64,000 nt of DNA from Candidatus Cloacimonadales bacterium (GTDB lineage Bacteria > Cloacimonadota > Cloacimonadia > Cloacimonadales > JAFGVF01), in the NCBI GenBank assembly GCA_963667035.1, contig OY762964.1, positions 2,496,001 to 2,560,000 on the forward strand, given 5' to 3'. Shown here piece by piece: positions 10,589-20,258 of the stretch. Under the pieces are notes generated by a model. The model had not been told where the DNA came from. It did no database searches and saw only the letters and a program-made list of their open reading frames with translations. Both the position numbers and the translations under genes were made by a program. Position 1 is the stretch's first letter; each line of letters begins with the position of its first letter.

Positions 10589-11659
10589 CTAATTGTCTCC
10601 GTTGATCATATCATTCAACAACCATGTAGTCTGCACTGCTTGTAAGGATGGTGTTACCATTGCCAGCACCTGATTCCATGTCGCCAATGGAGTTCTTGGT
10701 ACATAGACAATATCATTGGGCTTTAAAGGAAAATCCATAATTTTGGCTTGCAAAATTGCTCTTGTATCAATTCTATATATTCTCGGATGATGCAGTCCAC
10801 CTCTAAGAATAAATACCTGATTCTTTGCACTATCTGTAAAACCTTCAGCAAATGCAATAGCCTGCATTAAAGTCATATTTAACTTATATGCAAAATGACC
10901 TTGTTGAAGTACTTCTCCAATAACATAGACTTCTTTATTAATAGCTGATGGTAAATAGATATAGTCTCCATCTAAGACAGGAATATTATGAAGCATGTTG
11001 CCATTATCAATAAGCTCTTGAAAATCCACAGGTAGCACTTTATTGTTTCTGACAATATATGCTCTTTCTAAATCAGCTAATTCAGTTGTATTATTTTGAA
11101 AAAATCCCAGTTTAGGACCACCGGCTTTAGCAATAACATCCGCTAATCTCATGTTTCCGGTAATCTCGTAAATATTCGGATAATCTACTTTGCCTAGCAC
11201 TGTAACATGAGCACTTGTCATTTCATAAGGTTCAAACATTACTCTTGGAAACTTAATATAGACACTCAATTCCTTTTCGATCTTGGCTATAGCATCATCC
11301 ATAGTTAATCCTTCAACATTAATGTCTCCGGCAAGTGGAATTGTGACAGTACCATCAAGTTTTACTATTATGTTATCTCTGGCTAAATCATCTTCACCAT
11401 ACACTCTAAAATGAAATTTATCATTAGGACCAACTTCATAAGCTGGTCTCTTAACTTTATGTAATCTTTCTAACTCTTGTAGAGCTTCTTTAGGTAATGC
11501 ACCTTTGAATTGCATCTCTTCCAGATAATCTTCAGGGACCTTTAGATTCTCCTCTTTATAGTTTGAAAAAATATCAAACTTGGAATCCTTTACTGAGCAT
11601 GATACTGTAAGTAAAGCAACCAGTATGAAGATAACATTATGAAATTTACATCTTATCAT
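10589..11659 (-). CDS. Polysaccharide export lipoprotein (Wza/OPX; Poly_export + SLBB)
   Basis: Lipobox LTVSC; YEVGPND...DGTVTIPLAG; repeated V-x-V-x-G-x-V SLBB motifs. The second Met (11659) is the likelier start. Confidence 0.88.
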   Translation of the reverse strand: MIRCKFHNVIFILVALLTVSCSVKDSKFDIFSNYKEENLKVPEDYLEEMQFKGALPKEALQELERLHKVKRPAYEVGPNDKFHFRVYGEDDLARDNIIVKLDGTVTIPLAGDINVEGLTMDDAIAKIEKELSVYIKFPRVMFEPYEMTSAHVTVLGKVDYPNIYEITGNMRLADVIAKAGGPKLGFFQNNTTELADLERAYIVRNNKVLPVDFQELIDNGNMLHNIPVLDGDYIYLPSAINKEVYVIGEVLQQGHFAYKLNMTLMQAIAFAEGFTDSAKNQVFILRGGLHHPRIYRIDTRAILQAKIMDFPLKPNDIVYVPRTPLATWNQVLAMVTPSLQAVQTTWLLNDMINGDN

Positions 11660-13649
11660 TGTAATATTCCTTATCAATGAAGTTGATTATACTGCAAACA
11701 TTATTTATATCCTTTTCACTAAGCTGATCAACTACAGATCTAAGCTGGAATTTATTTGTAAATCTGAATCTGTTGACCATAATAAGCATATCCGCAGTAG
11801 AAGCTATAGTACTAAAGACATAAGAGTTTTGACTAAACTCAAAGAGTTCCCATATTACATAATCATACTTGGAAACCTGTCTAAAGAAATTTACCATGTT
11901 CTCATAACTGATAATCCTTCTGTGCAGACTATCCTCAAGGTAGAAATAACCTTTACTTAAATTTTCCGTAATATCGTTAAATGTAACGTTTACATTGCTG
12001 TTGTATATTGCAGGATTAACGACATAAGGCATAATTTCATCAGTAACTGCATTGATAGAATCAATATACAATATTTTTTTATTGTTATCAAGAAGTAGGT
12101 TTATCATTTCTTGAATCAAGAATGACTTACCACTTTCTGCTATTATGGAACCAAAGTTGATTATAGCTGGATGATACTCAGAAGTTCTTTGTATTATATC
12201 CGCCATTGTTGACTGAATACTCTTATAGAATGTTTCAGAGTTGACAGACTCCTCATTAGGAATCATACCTATAACAGGGATATTAACAAATTCAAAGACA
12301 TCGACAGCCGATTTAACTGTGAAGTCTAAAACCTCTCTACCAATTACAACTACAACCATCAAGGCAAAAATGAACACGCCAGAACCTAACACTATGAGTT
12401 TTTTATTAAGTCCTTGAGGCCAGGATGGTACTTTTGCTTTTTCCAGAATATCAAAGTCACTAGTGTTAGAATCCATAGCCATCTTTGATTCAGAGATTCT
12501 TCCTTCAACAATTCTAAGTATATCTTTGTTAAGATCCAACAATCGTTTAAGTTCGAAATAAGTCTTCTGCAAATAGTTTAAATCTCTTAGACTTCTTTTT
12601 AATCTTCTTATATCAGACTCGTAATCTTCTTGTAATTGAGTCGAAGCACTTAATTCACCTTGGTATCTCGCTAGGTCTCCTTCAAATGATTGTAACAGAT
12701 TATTAGGTCCCCAGCTTGTCTCGTCAGGAACCTCAGGATACTTATTTCCTTCAATAATCCTACGTTGTAAATCTTGGATTTCAAATAATGCTTTCTTTAC
12801 TTTAGGATTTTCATCAGTATATCTTGTTCTTAATACATCAAGCTCTTTTTTCAGTTGGAGGAGTTTTGATTCTTCCGATCCATTGTAGATCCAACCAATC
12901 ATAATCTCTTCTGGAACATCATTCATAATGTTATGAAGTTCTTCAATCTTTGTCTTCATTTCGGTCATAGATAGTTTGTTCTTGGTTTGTTCCAGTTCTA
13001 TCTGATTAAGCTGTTTAAACTTCGCTTCTGTCTCATTTTCAATATCTATAATGCCATATCTAGTCCTGAATTTTTCCATTTCAATTTCAAGACTATCAAT
13101 TCTATTTTTAGTTACTTCTCTCCGATCTATGTAATAATTGTAAATCTTGGATACGGAAGAGTTCTGGAGCTTAGTTGTATTGTCAATAAAGCATTGTGCC
13201 AAAGTATTAGCAAGAATGGCTGCAGAGTCCGGATTCGAGAATTGTACTGAGTAAATCAGAATGTTTGACCTACCACCACGCTTAGGAATTACGGTCCCTG
13301 CTAATTGTTCGGGAGACATAGACAAATTAAGTCGTTCAATTGCAGAGAGCATAACATCACGAGTTTTCATTGTCTCTAAAATAGTATTAATATCAAATGT
13401 CTGATAAAGGTATGGTAAATCATCAGGTGTTGCCATATTCTTACTATAACGAATAAGATAGCAATCTGCTTTCCATACTGGCTTAACAAACAGAAATGAG
13501 AATATTGCAGCAATGAACATTACGGCTAATGTAACAATTACAATTAGCCTAAAGTTCTTGAAAAACGAAGTTACAAGAACTTTTCTATCTAGAACAAATC
13601 TACTTGACTGTTCATTAATGGTTTGCGTACTTTTAATCTCATCTGACAT
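11646..13649 (-). CDS. Polysaccharide co-polymerase (GumC/Wzc-like) with degenerate kinase domain
   Basis: Two TMs flanking a coiled-coil region; RYTDENPKV motif; Walker-A-like AESGKS; no Tyr cluster. Confidence 0.85.
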   Translation of the reverse strand: MSDEIKSTQTINEQSSRFVLDRKVLVTSFFKNFRLIVIVTLAVMFIAAIFSFLFVKPVWKADCYLIRYSKNMATPDDLPYLYQTFDINTILETMKTRDVMLSAIERLNLSMSPEQLAGTVIPKRGGRSNILIYSVQFSNPDSAAILANTLAQCFIDNTTKLQNSSVSKIYNYYIDRREVTKNRIDSLEIEMEKFRTRYGIIDIENETEAKFKQLNQIELEQTKNKLSMTEMKTKIEELHNIMNDVPEEIMIGWIYNGSEESKLLQLKKELDVLRTRYTDENPKVKKALFEIQDLQRRIIEGNKYPEVPDETSWGPNNLLQSFEGDLARYQGELSASTQLQEDYESDIRRLKRSLRDLNYLQKTYFELKRLLDLNKDILRIVEGRISESKMAMDSNTSDFDILEKAKVPSWPQGLNKKLIVLGSGVFIFALMVVVVIGREVLDFTVKSAVDVFEFVNIPVIGMIPNEESVNSETFYKSIQSTMADIIQRTSEYHPAIINFGSIIAESGKSFLIQEMINLLLDNNKKILYIDSINAVTDEIMPYVVNPAIYNSNVNVTFNDITENLSKGYFYLEDSLHRRIISYENMVNFFRQVSKYDYVIWELFEFSQNSYVFSTIASTADMLIMVNRFRFTNKFQLRSVVDQLSEKDINNVCSIINFIDKEYYNDKM

Positions 13650-13666
13650 TTATTATAACACCTCTG

Positions 13667-14806
13667 CTAATTAAACGTACTCCATATGGTTAAAAAACTG
13701 TCAACTTTAATTTCCCATTCAGTAATTAACTTTTTATCAATTTTATTAAAATCATATAGTCTATCTACAAATAGCAGACTAGGTAAATCCCTATATAAAA
13801 GTACTCGCGGGTGCCTTACAACGTCTCTTAACGCACATAGATGGAAAGGCTTAACACGTAACCAATAGAATATATTTTTGAGTAAGATTATTTTCCCTTT
13901 TTCAAAAAACAAATCATATTTTAAACTGTCCTGATACTCATTCATGGAATAATTTCCTTTTTTGGCCGAATAGGTTTGGAATAAATGATAATATACTTTT
14001 TGAAAAATATCAATCAACTTACTTGTCCAAACCCAGAGCTCTTCTCCGGTTACATATTTATAATTAGGACTCATCTTAAAATCAATTGCATCTCTATACA
14101 GAGTAATCAGATTCGTTTCCTTAAGTAGTGCTACGTTCTTGGGTTCGCAAACTGACTCTATCAATTCTTTTCTTTTAAGATAGGAATAATGATAAAGATG
14201 CTCACTCATTAAGATTGCATCACACATAGCCATCACAGCTTTGTTATTGTTTCTTGAAACATATTCAATTGATTCGTCATTAAAATGTAAAAGGGACTGC
14301 CGACTTTGAACAAGTGCCACTCCTCTATTTAATAATAACTTCAGTCCCTCTTCTAAATCAATCTCACTTCCATCCCAAGTAGGAAGATAATTAAGGACCC
14401 CTTCATCACCATATATAATTTTATGACCGTACTTCAGCTCATAATAGACTAACCAGAATGGAGCTTTCTTTAAAAAGTTAACAGTCTTGCATGGTCCAAA
14501 ATCTACGTCTATGCCAAACTCCTTTGTTAGTTTCTTATGTACTTGAGTAAGCTTATAATTAACTAATTGTAATTTCTTTCTAGATATGTTTGGGGCGATA
14601 ACAAATAAATCATAGTCATTAAAGAGTAATTCATTTTCGGCTTCATGAAGGATACCGCCTTCACCTCTACCGTAACCTCCACCAAGAATTATTGCCTTAA
14701 TGTAATCATGAGGAACTGCGTTTAAAACTTCCTCTATTATTCTTTTCATGTGACTATCAATCAATGTATCGATATATATACTATTGTATGGAGTATACTT
14801 ACCCAT
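13667..14806 (-). CDS. Pol-beta superfamily nucleotidyltransferase-like protein
   Basis: IILGGGYGRGEGG...NDYDL (G[GS]-x-DxD) and a third acid in IDVDF; helical C-terminus. Confidence 0.65.
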   Translation of the reverse strand: MGKYTPYNSIYIDTLIDSHMKRIIEEVLNAVPHDYIKAIILGGGYGRGEGGILHEAENELLFNDYDLFVIAPNISRKKLQLVNYKLTQVHKKLTKEFGIDVDFGPCKTVNFLKKAPFWLVYYELKYGHKIIYGDEGVLNYLPTWDGSEIDLEEGLKLLLNRGVALVQSRQSLLHFNDESIEYVSRNNNKAVMAMCDAILMSEHLYHYSYLKRKELIESVCEPKNVALLKETNLITLYRDAIDFKMSPNYKYVTGEELWVWTSKLIDIFQKVYYHLFQTYSAKKGNYSMNEYQDSLKYDLFFEKGKIILLKNIFYWLRVKPFHLCALRDVVRHPRVLLYRDLPSLLFVDRLYDFNKIDKKLITEWEIKVDSFLTIWSTFN

Positions 14807-15425
14807 TTATAAACTCACTGCTCAAATAGTTGCAAAGTATTTTTAAAACTTGGTCGAATTTCTTCTCTCCGGGAATAATAATATCTGCATTCTTTTTACT
14901 AGGTTCAATATATAGCTCATGCATAGGTTTAACTTGATTAAGATACTTATCCAACACTGATTCTATGGTATAGCCTCTTTCTTTAATATCTCTTGATATT
15001 CTTCTGGCTAGTCTTATGTCATCATCAACAGCGACAAACAGTTTTAAATCGGCAAGATTCACAATTTGCTTATAATACAAGCAGAAAATTCCTTCCAGAA
15101 TAACTACATCAACATCTTTTACCGATATGGCATTGGGAATCTGTTTATGTGTAATGAAATCATAATCGGGAATAGACACTTCTTCACCTTCCAATATCCT
15201 ACGCATATCGTATAATAGTTTCACATGGTCTATTGAGTCTGGATGGTCAAAATTAACCTTTGCAGCTTCATTGGGAGAAATGTGACTTAAATCGCGATAA
15301 TAGTTATCCTGCGATATGTGAATTACCTTACTATCGTTCAGAATCTTTTGAATTTCTCGTGTGATTGTTGTTTTTCCTGAACAAGTACCGCCAGAGATTA
15401 GAATCAAACTCTTTTTGGGAATCAT
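14799..15425 (-). CDS. udk: Uridine kinase
   Basis: GGTCSGKTT, QDNYYRD, NFDHPD, RRISRDIKERG and IEPSKKNADIIIP motifs. Confidence 0.93.
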   Translation of the reverse strand: MIPKKSLILISGGTCSGKTTITREIQKILNDSKVIHISQDNYYRDLSHISPNEAAKVNFDHPDSIDHVKLLYDMRRILEGEEVSIPDYDFITHKQIPNAISVKDVDVVILEGIFCLYYKQIVNLADLKLFVAVDDDIRLARRISRDIKERGYTIESVLDKYLNQVKPMHELYIEPSKKNADIIIPGEKKFDQVLKILCNYLSSEFING

Positions 15426-16804
15426 TGAAATGCTCCCATAAGTCGTTTTAGTATTGATCTATAGAAAATAGACTGATCTCTAAGAAATGTAGGTTCACTT
15501 GAATAAACTCTCTCATGGAATTCAATCTCTTCTGGAATATCTCTTCCGAGACTCTCACTATAACTGAATATCCCAGGTTTATAAAAAGGTAAATCTCTTA
15601 CAATATATCTGTTTTCCTTATTGTCCATTAAGACAAGATTTCCCATTAATAGCAAATCACCTTTGAAGAATTTCGGTAATAGTAAAAATTTATCAAGTGA
15701 TAACCATAAAAAGATTTTCATTAAGAAAGGCTTTCTTCTGATTTTGAAGTTAAACATTTTAACAGAATTAAATGCTTTATCCATTAGGAAGTATTTCCTT
15801 AGAGAGTACTTCTTCTTCCAGAACAGAACGAAGGGAGAGAAAAAGATAAAAGGTATCAATTGAAAGAGAAATAGTATTGAAGCCATTACGTATTGAATCA
15901 GAAGCTGTAATGAAGAAATAAGATACTTCTTCTCTACACCTGACAATAGAAAGTTTTCATTCATACTAATACTCTCACCTGAACCAGCAGCTATAAGTAT
16001 GTTCTTATAAACAATTTTATTAATAATATCTAATTCCTGACCAATGTACGTATTATCATAAATTATACTATTTTTCACTGTTGTCATAGAATCGATTATA
16101 GAATTGTTACCGACAATTGCCTTAGGACCAAGAATGACCATGTCATGAATTCTAACGTGATTACCAAGCATTATCGGTTTATCTGGAGTTACAGTTCTAG
16201 GATATGAAGTATCTGCTCCGATATATGCTTTTATTTCATTTGAATATCCCGGAAGTACAAAATGATTAGCTCCTTCATCTATCACCATCATACTAAGATC
16301 GTAATAAGATTTTATGCTATTTATTGCTACAACTTTAGGATTATCTTCTGTAATTTCGCAGTTAAATATTTCTTTGTAGTTATCCTCTTTTACTAATCTA
16401 ACATTGCCAAGCTCTGTCTGACCAATCAGTTGACAGACATTGTCTTGACTAACAGAGTTCTTGTCATAATTAATGAAGTTATAGCCTTCAACTATAAGAA
16501 GCTCGTTATCTTTTGCAAATGACTTATTCTTTAGATATATCTTTTTTAAGCTATCTTCAGGTTTAAACAGGTTATAACTAAAAGTCATCCCCCACTTAGT
16601 TCCATCCCCGAAATAATCATCTATTTCGCAAGAAGAGTAGTCATAGACAAATCTTATTTCTTCAATACCGATAATCTGCATTAAATCGACGAAATACTCT
16701 AATAAAGGCTTATTCGCAATCTTTAAGAGATATGGATCTATACCTCTGAAGTATTTCTTAATCCATTTAGCAGGTTCTTCCCTGGCTATAATCAGACCTT
16801 TCAT
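15422..16804 (-). CDS. Degenerate NDP-sugar pyrophosphorylase + left-handed beta-helix + degenerate Bac_transf fusion
   Basis: LLKIANKPLLEY and YFGDGTKWG but no GxGTRL; hexapeptide repeats (IGADT, LGNHV, VGNNS); TM followed by LDKF...KGDLLLMG...KPGIF. Confidence 0.72.
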   Translation of the reverse strand: MKGLIIAREEPAKWIKKYFRGIDPYLLKIANKPLLEYFVDLMQIIGIEEIRFVYDYSSCEIDDYFGDGTKWGMTFSYNLFKPEDSLKKIYLKNKSFAKDNELLIVEGYNFINYDKNSVSQDNVCQLIGQTELGNVRLVKEDNYKEIFNCEITEDNPKVVAINSIKSYYDLSMMVIDEGANHFVLPGYSNEIKAYIGADTSYPRTVTPDKPIMLGNHVRIHDMVILGPKAIVGNNSIIDSMTTVKNSIIYDNTYIGQELDIINKIVYKNILIAAGSGESISMNENFLLSGVEKKYLISSLQLLIQYVMASILFLFQLIPFIFFSPFVLFWKKKYSLRKYFLMDKAFNSVKMFNFKIRRKPFLMKIFLWLSLDKFLLLPKFFKGDLLLMGNLVLMDNKENRYIVRDLPFYKPGIFSYSESLGRDIPEEIEFHERVYSSEPTFLRDQSIFYRSILKRLMGAFQ

Positions 16805-16816
16805 AGTAATACCTGT

Positions 16817-17149
16817 TTATAAATCAAAGCTTTCTACTGCTGCGTCCAAATCATCATAGATCTCAAAAATCTTAAAAGCACGAGTTATTTCGAAAACCAT
16901 CCTTGGCTTATCAGCCATTCTTGCAATGCAGATATCTCCACCATTTGCAGTTGCGGATTTCAGACATGATACTATGCTACCAAGTCCGGTGCTATCTAAG
17001 AATTCCAAGGCATGCAAATCAAAAACAAAGTAGCGTGTTTCATCCATAAGGTCTTTAAATAAAGTTTTTAGATTTGGGGCTGTATAAGCGTCTAATCTTC
17101 CGGATATCTCAAGAATTCCAACATTATCTTTTTTTGTGAACTCAAACAA
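16817..17149 (-). CDS. STAS-domain anti-sigma factor antagonist
   Basis: ISGRLDA and FLDSTGLG (phosphorylatable Ser); start reassigned to TTG 17149 after GGAGGA. Confidence 0.92.
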   Translation of the reverse strand: MFEFTKKDNVGILEISGRLDAYTAPNLKTLFKDLMDETRYFVFDLHALEFLDSTGLGSIVSCLKSATANGGDICIARMADKPRMVFEITRAFKIFEIYDDLDAAVESFDL

Positions 17150-17162
17150 TTTTTCCTCCAAT

Positions 17163-17882
17163 CTAATATGCACCCTTGCCACCAAGTACTGCAGGGATGG
17201 TTTTTATCAATATTTTAATATCATTCCATAAACTTTTACTTTGAATATATTGTTTATCCAATTCAACTTGTTGACTAAAGGGTATTTCACTCCTTCCACC
17301 AACTTGCCATAAACAAGTTATACCGGGAGTAACGTGCAGTCTTTTTCTGTCTTCCAGTGTATATTCGGCAACCTCTCTAGGTAGAGGAGGACGAGGTCCC
17401 ACAAGACTCATATCACCCTTCAAAACATTGAATAATTGAGGCAATTCATCAATACTAAATCTGCGAATAAATCTTCCTATTTTAGTTACACGAGGGTCTT
17501 GTTTCATCTTGAAAATTACTCCATCTTTGGACTCATTTTCCTGTAATAATTTATCTTTTAGCTTATCAGCATTTAGCACCATTGACCTGAATTTAATAAA
17601 TCCAAAGTTTCTTCCGTCTTTACCAACTCTAGGGGCCACATAAAAAACCGGACCCGGATCATCAATGTATATTGCCAACATTGTAAAAATAAACACCGGA
17701 GCAAGAAGTATAATCAAAATTAATGAGCCGATAAAATCTACGGAATACTTAAGGAATTTGGCAAAACCTATTGTCCATTCCCAACCGGACATTTTGAGCA
17801 TTATTCTCGTCTTACTTGCTTTTACAGAGTAACGAGCAATTCTATCCATTAATATCTGATGCTGTTTTGTTCTAGTTTTCAC
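17163..17882 (-). CDS. Priming phosphoglycosyltransferase (Bac_transf)
   Basis: KFRSM, DPRVT, SIDELPQLFNVLKGDMSLVGPRP and PGITCLWQV motifs. Confidence 0.95.
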   Translation of the reverse strand: MKTRTKQHQILMDRIARYSVKASKTRIMLKMSGWEWTIGFAKFLKYSVDFIGSLILIILLAPVFIFTMLAIYIDDPGPVFYVAPRVGKDGRNFGFIKFRSMVLNADKLKDKLLQENESKDGVIFKMKQDPRVTKIGRFIRRFSIDELPQLFNVLKGDMSLVGPRPPLPREVAEYTLEDRKRLHVTPGITCLWQVGGRSEIPFSQQVELDKQYIQSKSLWNDIKILIKTIPAVLGGKGAY

Positions 17883-19077
17883 TATTGTAACCTTTCATCC
17901 AGTTTTTTACTCTTTTTATAAATAACGGATTACCAATAATGTATCGTTTCCACATTCGCCTTGGTTCCATTAACAACCTAAACATCCATTCTATGCCCAT
18001 CTCTCGCATCCATTTTGGAGCCCTTCGAATGTTGCCGGAATAAAAATCAAACAATCCTCCGACTCCTATTCCTACATTTATTTTAAGCTCATCAATATGT
18101 TCTGCAATCCATTTTTCTTGAAGAGGTACACCAAAAGCCACAAGTAATATGTGACTATGTGAATCGTTTATTTTTGTTATAACCCTTCCGGTTTCTGTCT
18201 TTCTATCAAAATAACCGTCTTCAGAATCACTTATTATTAGACCCTTGTATTTTAGTACAAGATTTTTTTTCATTTTTTCTGCAATACCGGGAGCTGCCCC
18301 CAATAGGAATATCCTATATTTCTTCTTTTCAGCTAAATGACAGAGATAGGGTAGCATGTCTGTCCCGTTTACGTTATGAATCAATTGTTTCCTGATAATT
18401 TTGCATGCAAGATTAACTCCTGAACCGTCAGGAAAGATATTATTGCTCTTTTTCATTAACTCAAAATACTCTCTATCGTCGAAGAGTCTGTTAAAGCAAT
18501 CAGGGTTCATAAATGCAAAAATCTCTTTTCTGCCGGAATCAATTACTTCGGCAATTCTGCTCAAAGCTTCATCCATTCTCATGTTCAAGAATTCTATATC
18601 AAGTAACTTTATTTTATCCGGCTTATCATAATCAGGATCAATTACCGGAAGCTTCAATATTGCTTTAACAAGAATCATCAAATCTTTCTTAAAAGACTTA
18701 TTCGCCAGATATTCGATATCCATATCATCATAGCTCTCATAGTCAATTCTACTTATTCTACGTAGTAGAGCTATGCTATATAGTCCACTTTTACCATTAT
18801 GGGAAGCAACTTTATTAACTTCTTTAACTCTAAGCGAAGTACCACAAACTGAAAGTCTACCGGTTAACACATGCACATACAATGATTGCACGGCTAGAAT
18901 TGGGTAGTCGCTGTTAAAATAACGAACCCTACATATGTCTTTCCCTAAAAGAATACTTTCTTTTCGAAATATATTCTTACCGGTAAACAATCTTCTCAAG
19001 AAGAGATAGATTGTAACAAGGGGATTCACTACTAAAAAAATGAATAGAGCTAATATATATTCGATTATCTTAAACAA
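17872..19077 (-). CDS. WecB/TagA/CpsF (GT26) glycosyltransferase with N-terminal degenerate Bac_transf domain
   Basis: PDGSG, VNGTD, FGVPLQEKWI, GVGGLFDFYSG, RRAP and EWMFRLLMEPRRMWKRY motifs. Confidence 0.92.
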   Translation of the reverse strand: MFKIIEYILALFIFLVVNPLVTIYLFLRRLFTGKNIFRKESILLGKDICRVRYFNSDYPILAVQSLYVHVLTGRLSVCGTSLRVKEVNKVASHNGKSGLYSIALLRRISRIDYESYDDMDIEYLANKSFKKDLMILVKAILKLPVIDPDYDKPDKIKLLDIEFLNMRMDEALSRIAEVIDSGRKEIFAFMNPDCFNRLFDDREYFELMKKSNNIFPDGSGVNLACKIIRKQLIHNVNGTDMLPYLCHLAEKKKYRIFLLGAAPGIAEKMKKNLVLKYKGLIISDSEDGYFDRKTETGRVITKINDSHSHILLVAFGVPLQEKWIAEHIDELKINVGIGVGGLFDFYSGNIRRAPKWMREMGIEWMFRLLMEPRRMWKRYIIGNPLFIKRVKNWMKGYNSEN

Positions 19078-19087
19078 TTTGCATCCT

Positions 19088-20245
19088 CTATAAGTCCTCT
19101 ACTATCTCATTAAACCTAGTAAGGAATGCCTGCTCTGTGAAATTATCTTTAACAAAGTTATAGCCTTCTCTTCCAAATTCTGTAGACAATTGTTGATTAC
19201 TTAGCAGACTCTCTATCTTCTCGGATAAATCTTTTACATCTCTTGGTTTTGCGAGATAACCGTTTCTATTGTCGTGAAGCCATTCGGATACCCCCCCCAC
19301 ATTAAAGCCAATAACCGGAGTTTGATAAGAGAATGCTTCCAATCCTACCAGTCCAAATGGTTCTTGCCATCTTGAAGGTACTACAACCAAATCAGCTTGT
19401 CTATAGAATTTTTCTACCTCTGATGTCCAACCGACAAGCTCCACTCTATCTTCGAGTTTCATAGACTTTATCAAATTCTTAATATTCTGTTCTTCATTAC
19501 CGGTTCCGATAATCATAAGTCGTAAGGGCTGATATATTTTACTGATTGCTTGGAGTAAATAATCCACTCCCTTTCCTTTAATCAATTGTCCTACATATAG
19601 AACTATCGGTTCGGTATTAACAGGTTTAGAGGCTCTTTCAGTAACTTCGAAGATTGGATAAAGCTTTTTTACTTTGCTCATATCCCAACCATTCTGTTCA
19701 AGATTATGCATCATATAATCCGACATGGCTAAAGTCACATCACATCGCCTTATAATGTTTAACAAGCGAGTTTTATCGTTAATCTTAAGCGGAACGGGTA
19801 AGTCACCACTCATATCCAGCCCCAAAGAACACAACATGCAATAGTATTTGTTGAAGGGTAGTTTACAATTCTTGCGTTTATATAAGAAATACTTATGTCT
19901 TCTCAAACAATAATAATCATGGTCGTGGATAAAGCTTATTGTCTTAAAATTCTTTTTGATTATTTGAAGTAGCTCTGGATCGCTTATCTTATGAATAAAG
20001 GCAAGCTTACAACCTGTATCCCTTAGAATAGTCAGAACATCATTGCGGACTCTTTTCTCGTTTAAATAGACATTATCGAAAGCTTCTGCAAAACCTTCTT
20101 GTGTTCCTGCTTTTTTCTCGAAAAAGCCATACACTTTCCAACCGTTATTTTTCAATAAACCTGCTACTTTATGAATATATCTCTCTACTCCACCGACAAA
20201 TCCGCAATTTGTATTTACGAAAACAATTCTCTTATCAATTTGCAT
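19088..20245 (-). CDS. GT4 family glycosyltransferase
   Basis: GGVERY, VGQLIKGKG and PSRWQEPFGLVGLEA motifs. Confidence 0.92.
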   Translation of the reverse strand: MQIDKRIVFVNTNCGFVGGVERYIHKVAGLLKNNGWKVYGFFEKKAGTQEGFAEAFDNVYLNEKRVRNDVLTILRDTGCKLAFIHKISDPELLQIIKKNFKTISFIHDHDYYCLRRHKYFLYKRKNCKLPFNKYYCMLCSLGLDMSGDLPVPLKINDKTRLLNIIRRCDVTLAMSDYMMHNLEQNGWDMSKVKKLYPIFEVTERASKPVNTEPIVLYVGQLIKGKGVDYLLQAISKIYQPLRLMIIGTGNEEQNIKNLIKSMKLEDRVELVGWTSEVEKFYRQADLVVVPSRWQEPFGLVGLEAFSYQTPVIGFNVGGVSEWLHDNRNGYLAKPRDVKDLSEKIESLLSNQQLSTEFGREGYNFVKDNFTEQAFLTRFNEIVEDL

Positions 20246-20258
20246 TCATACCCCTATA

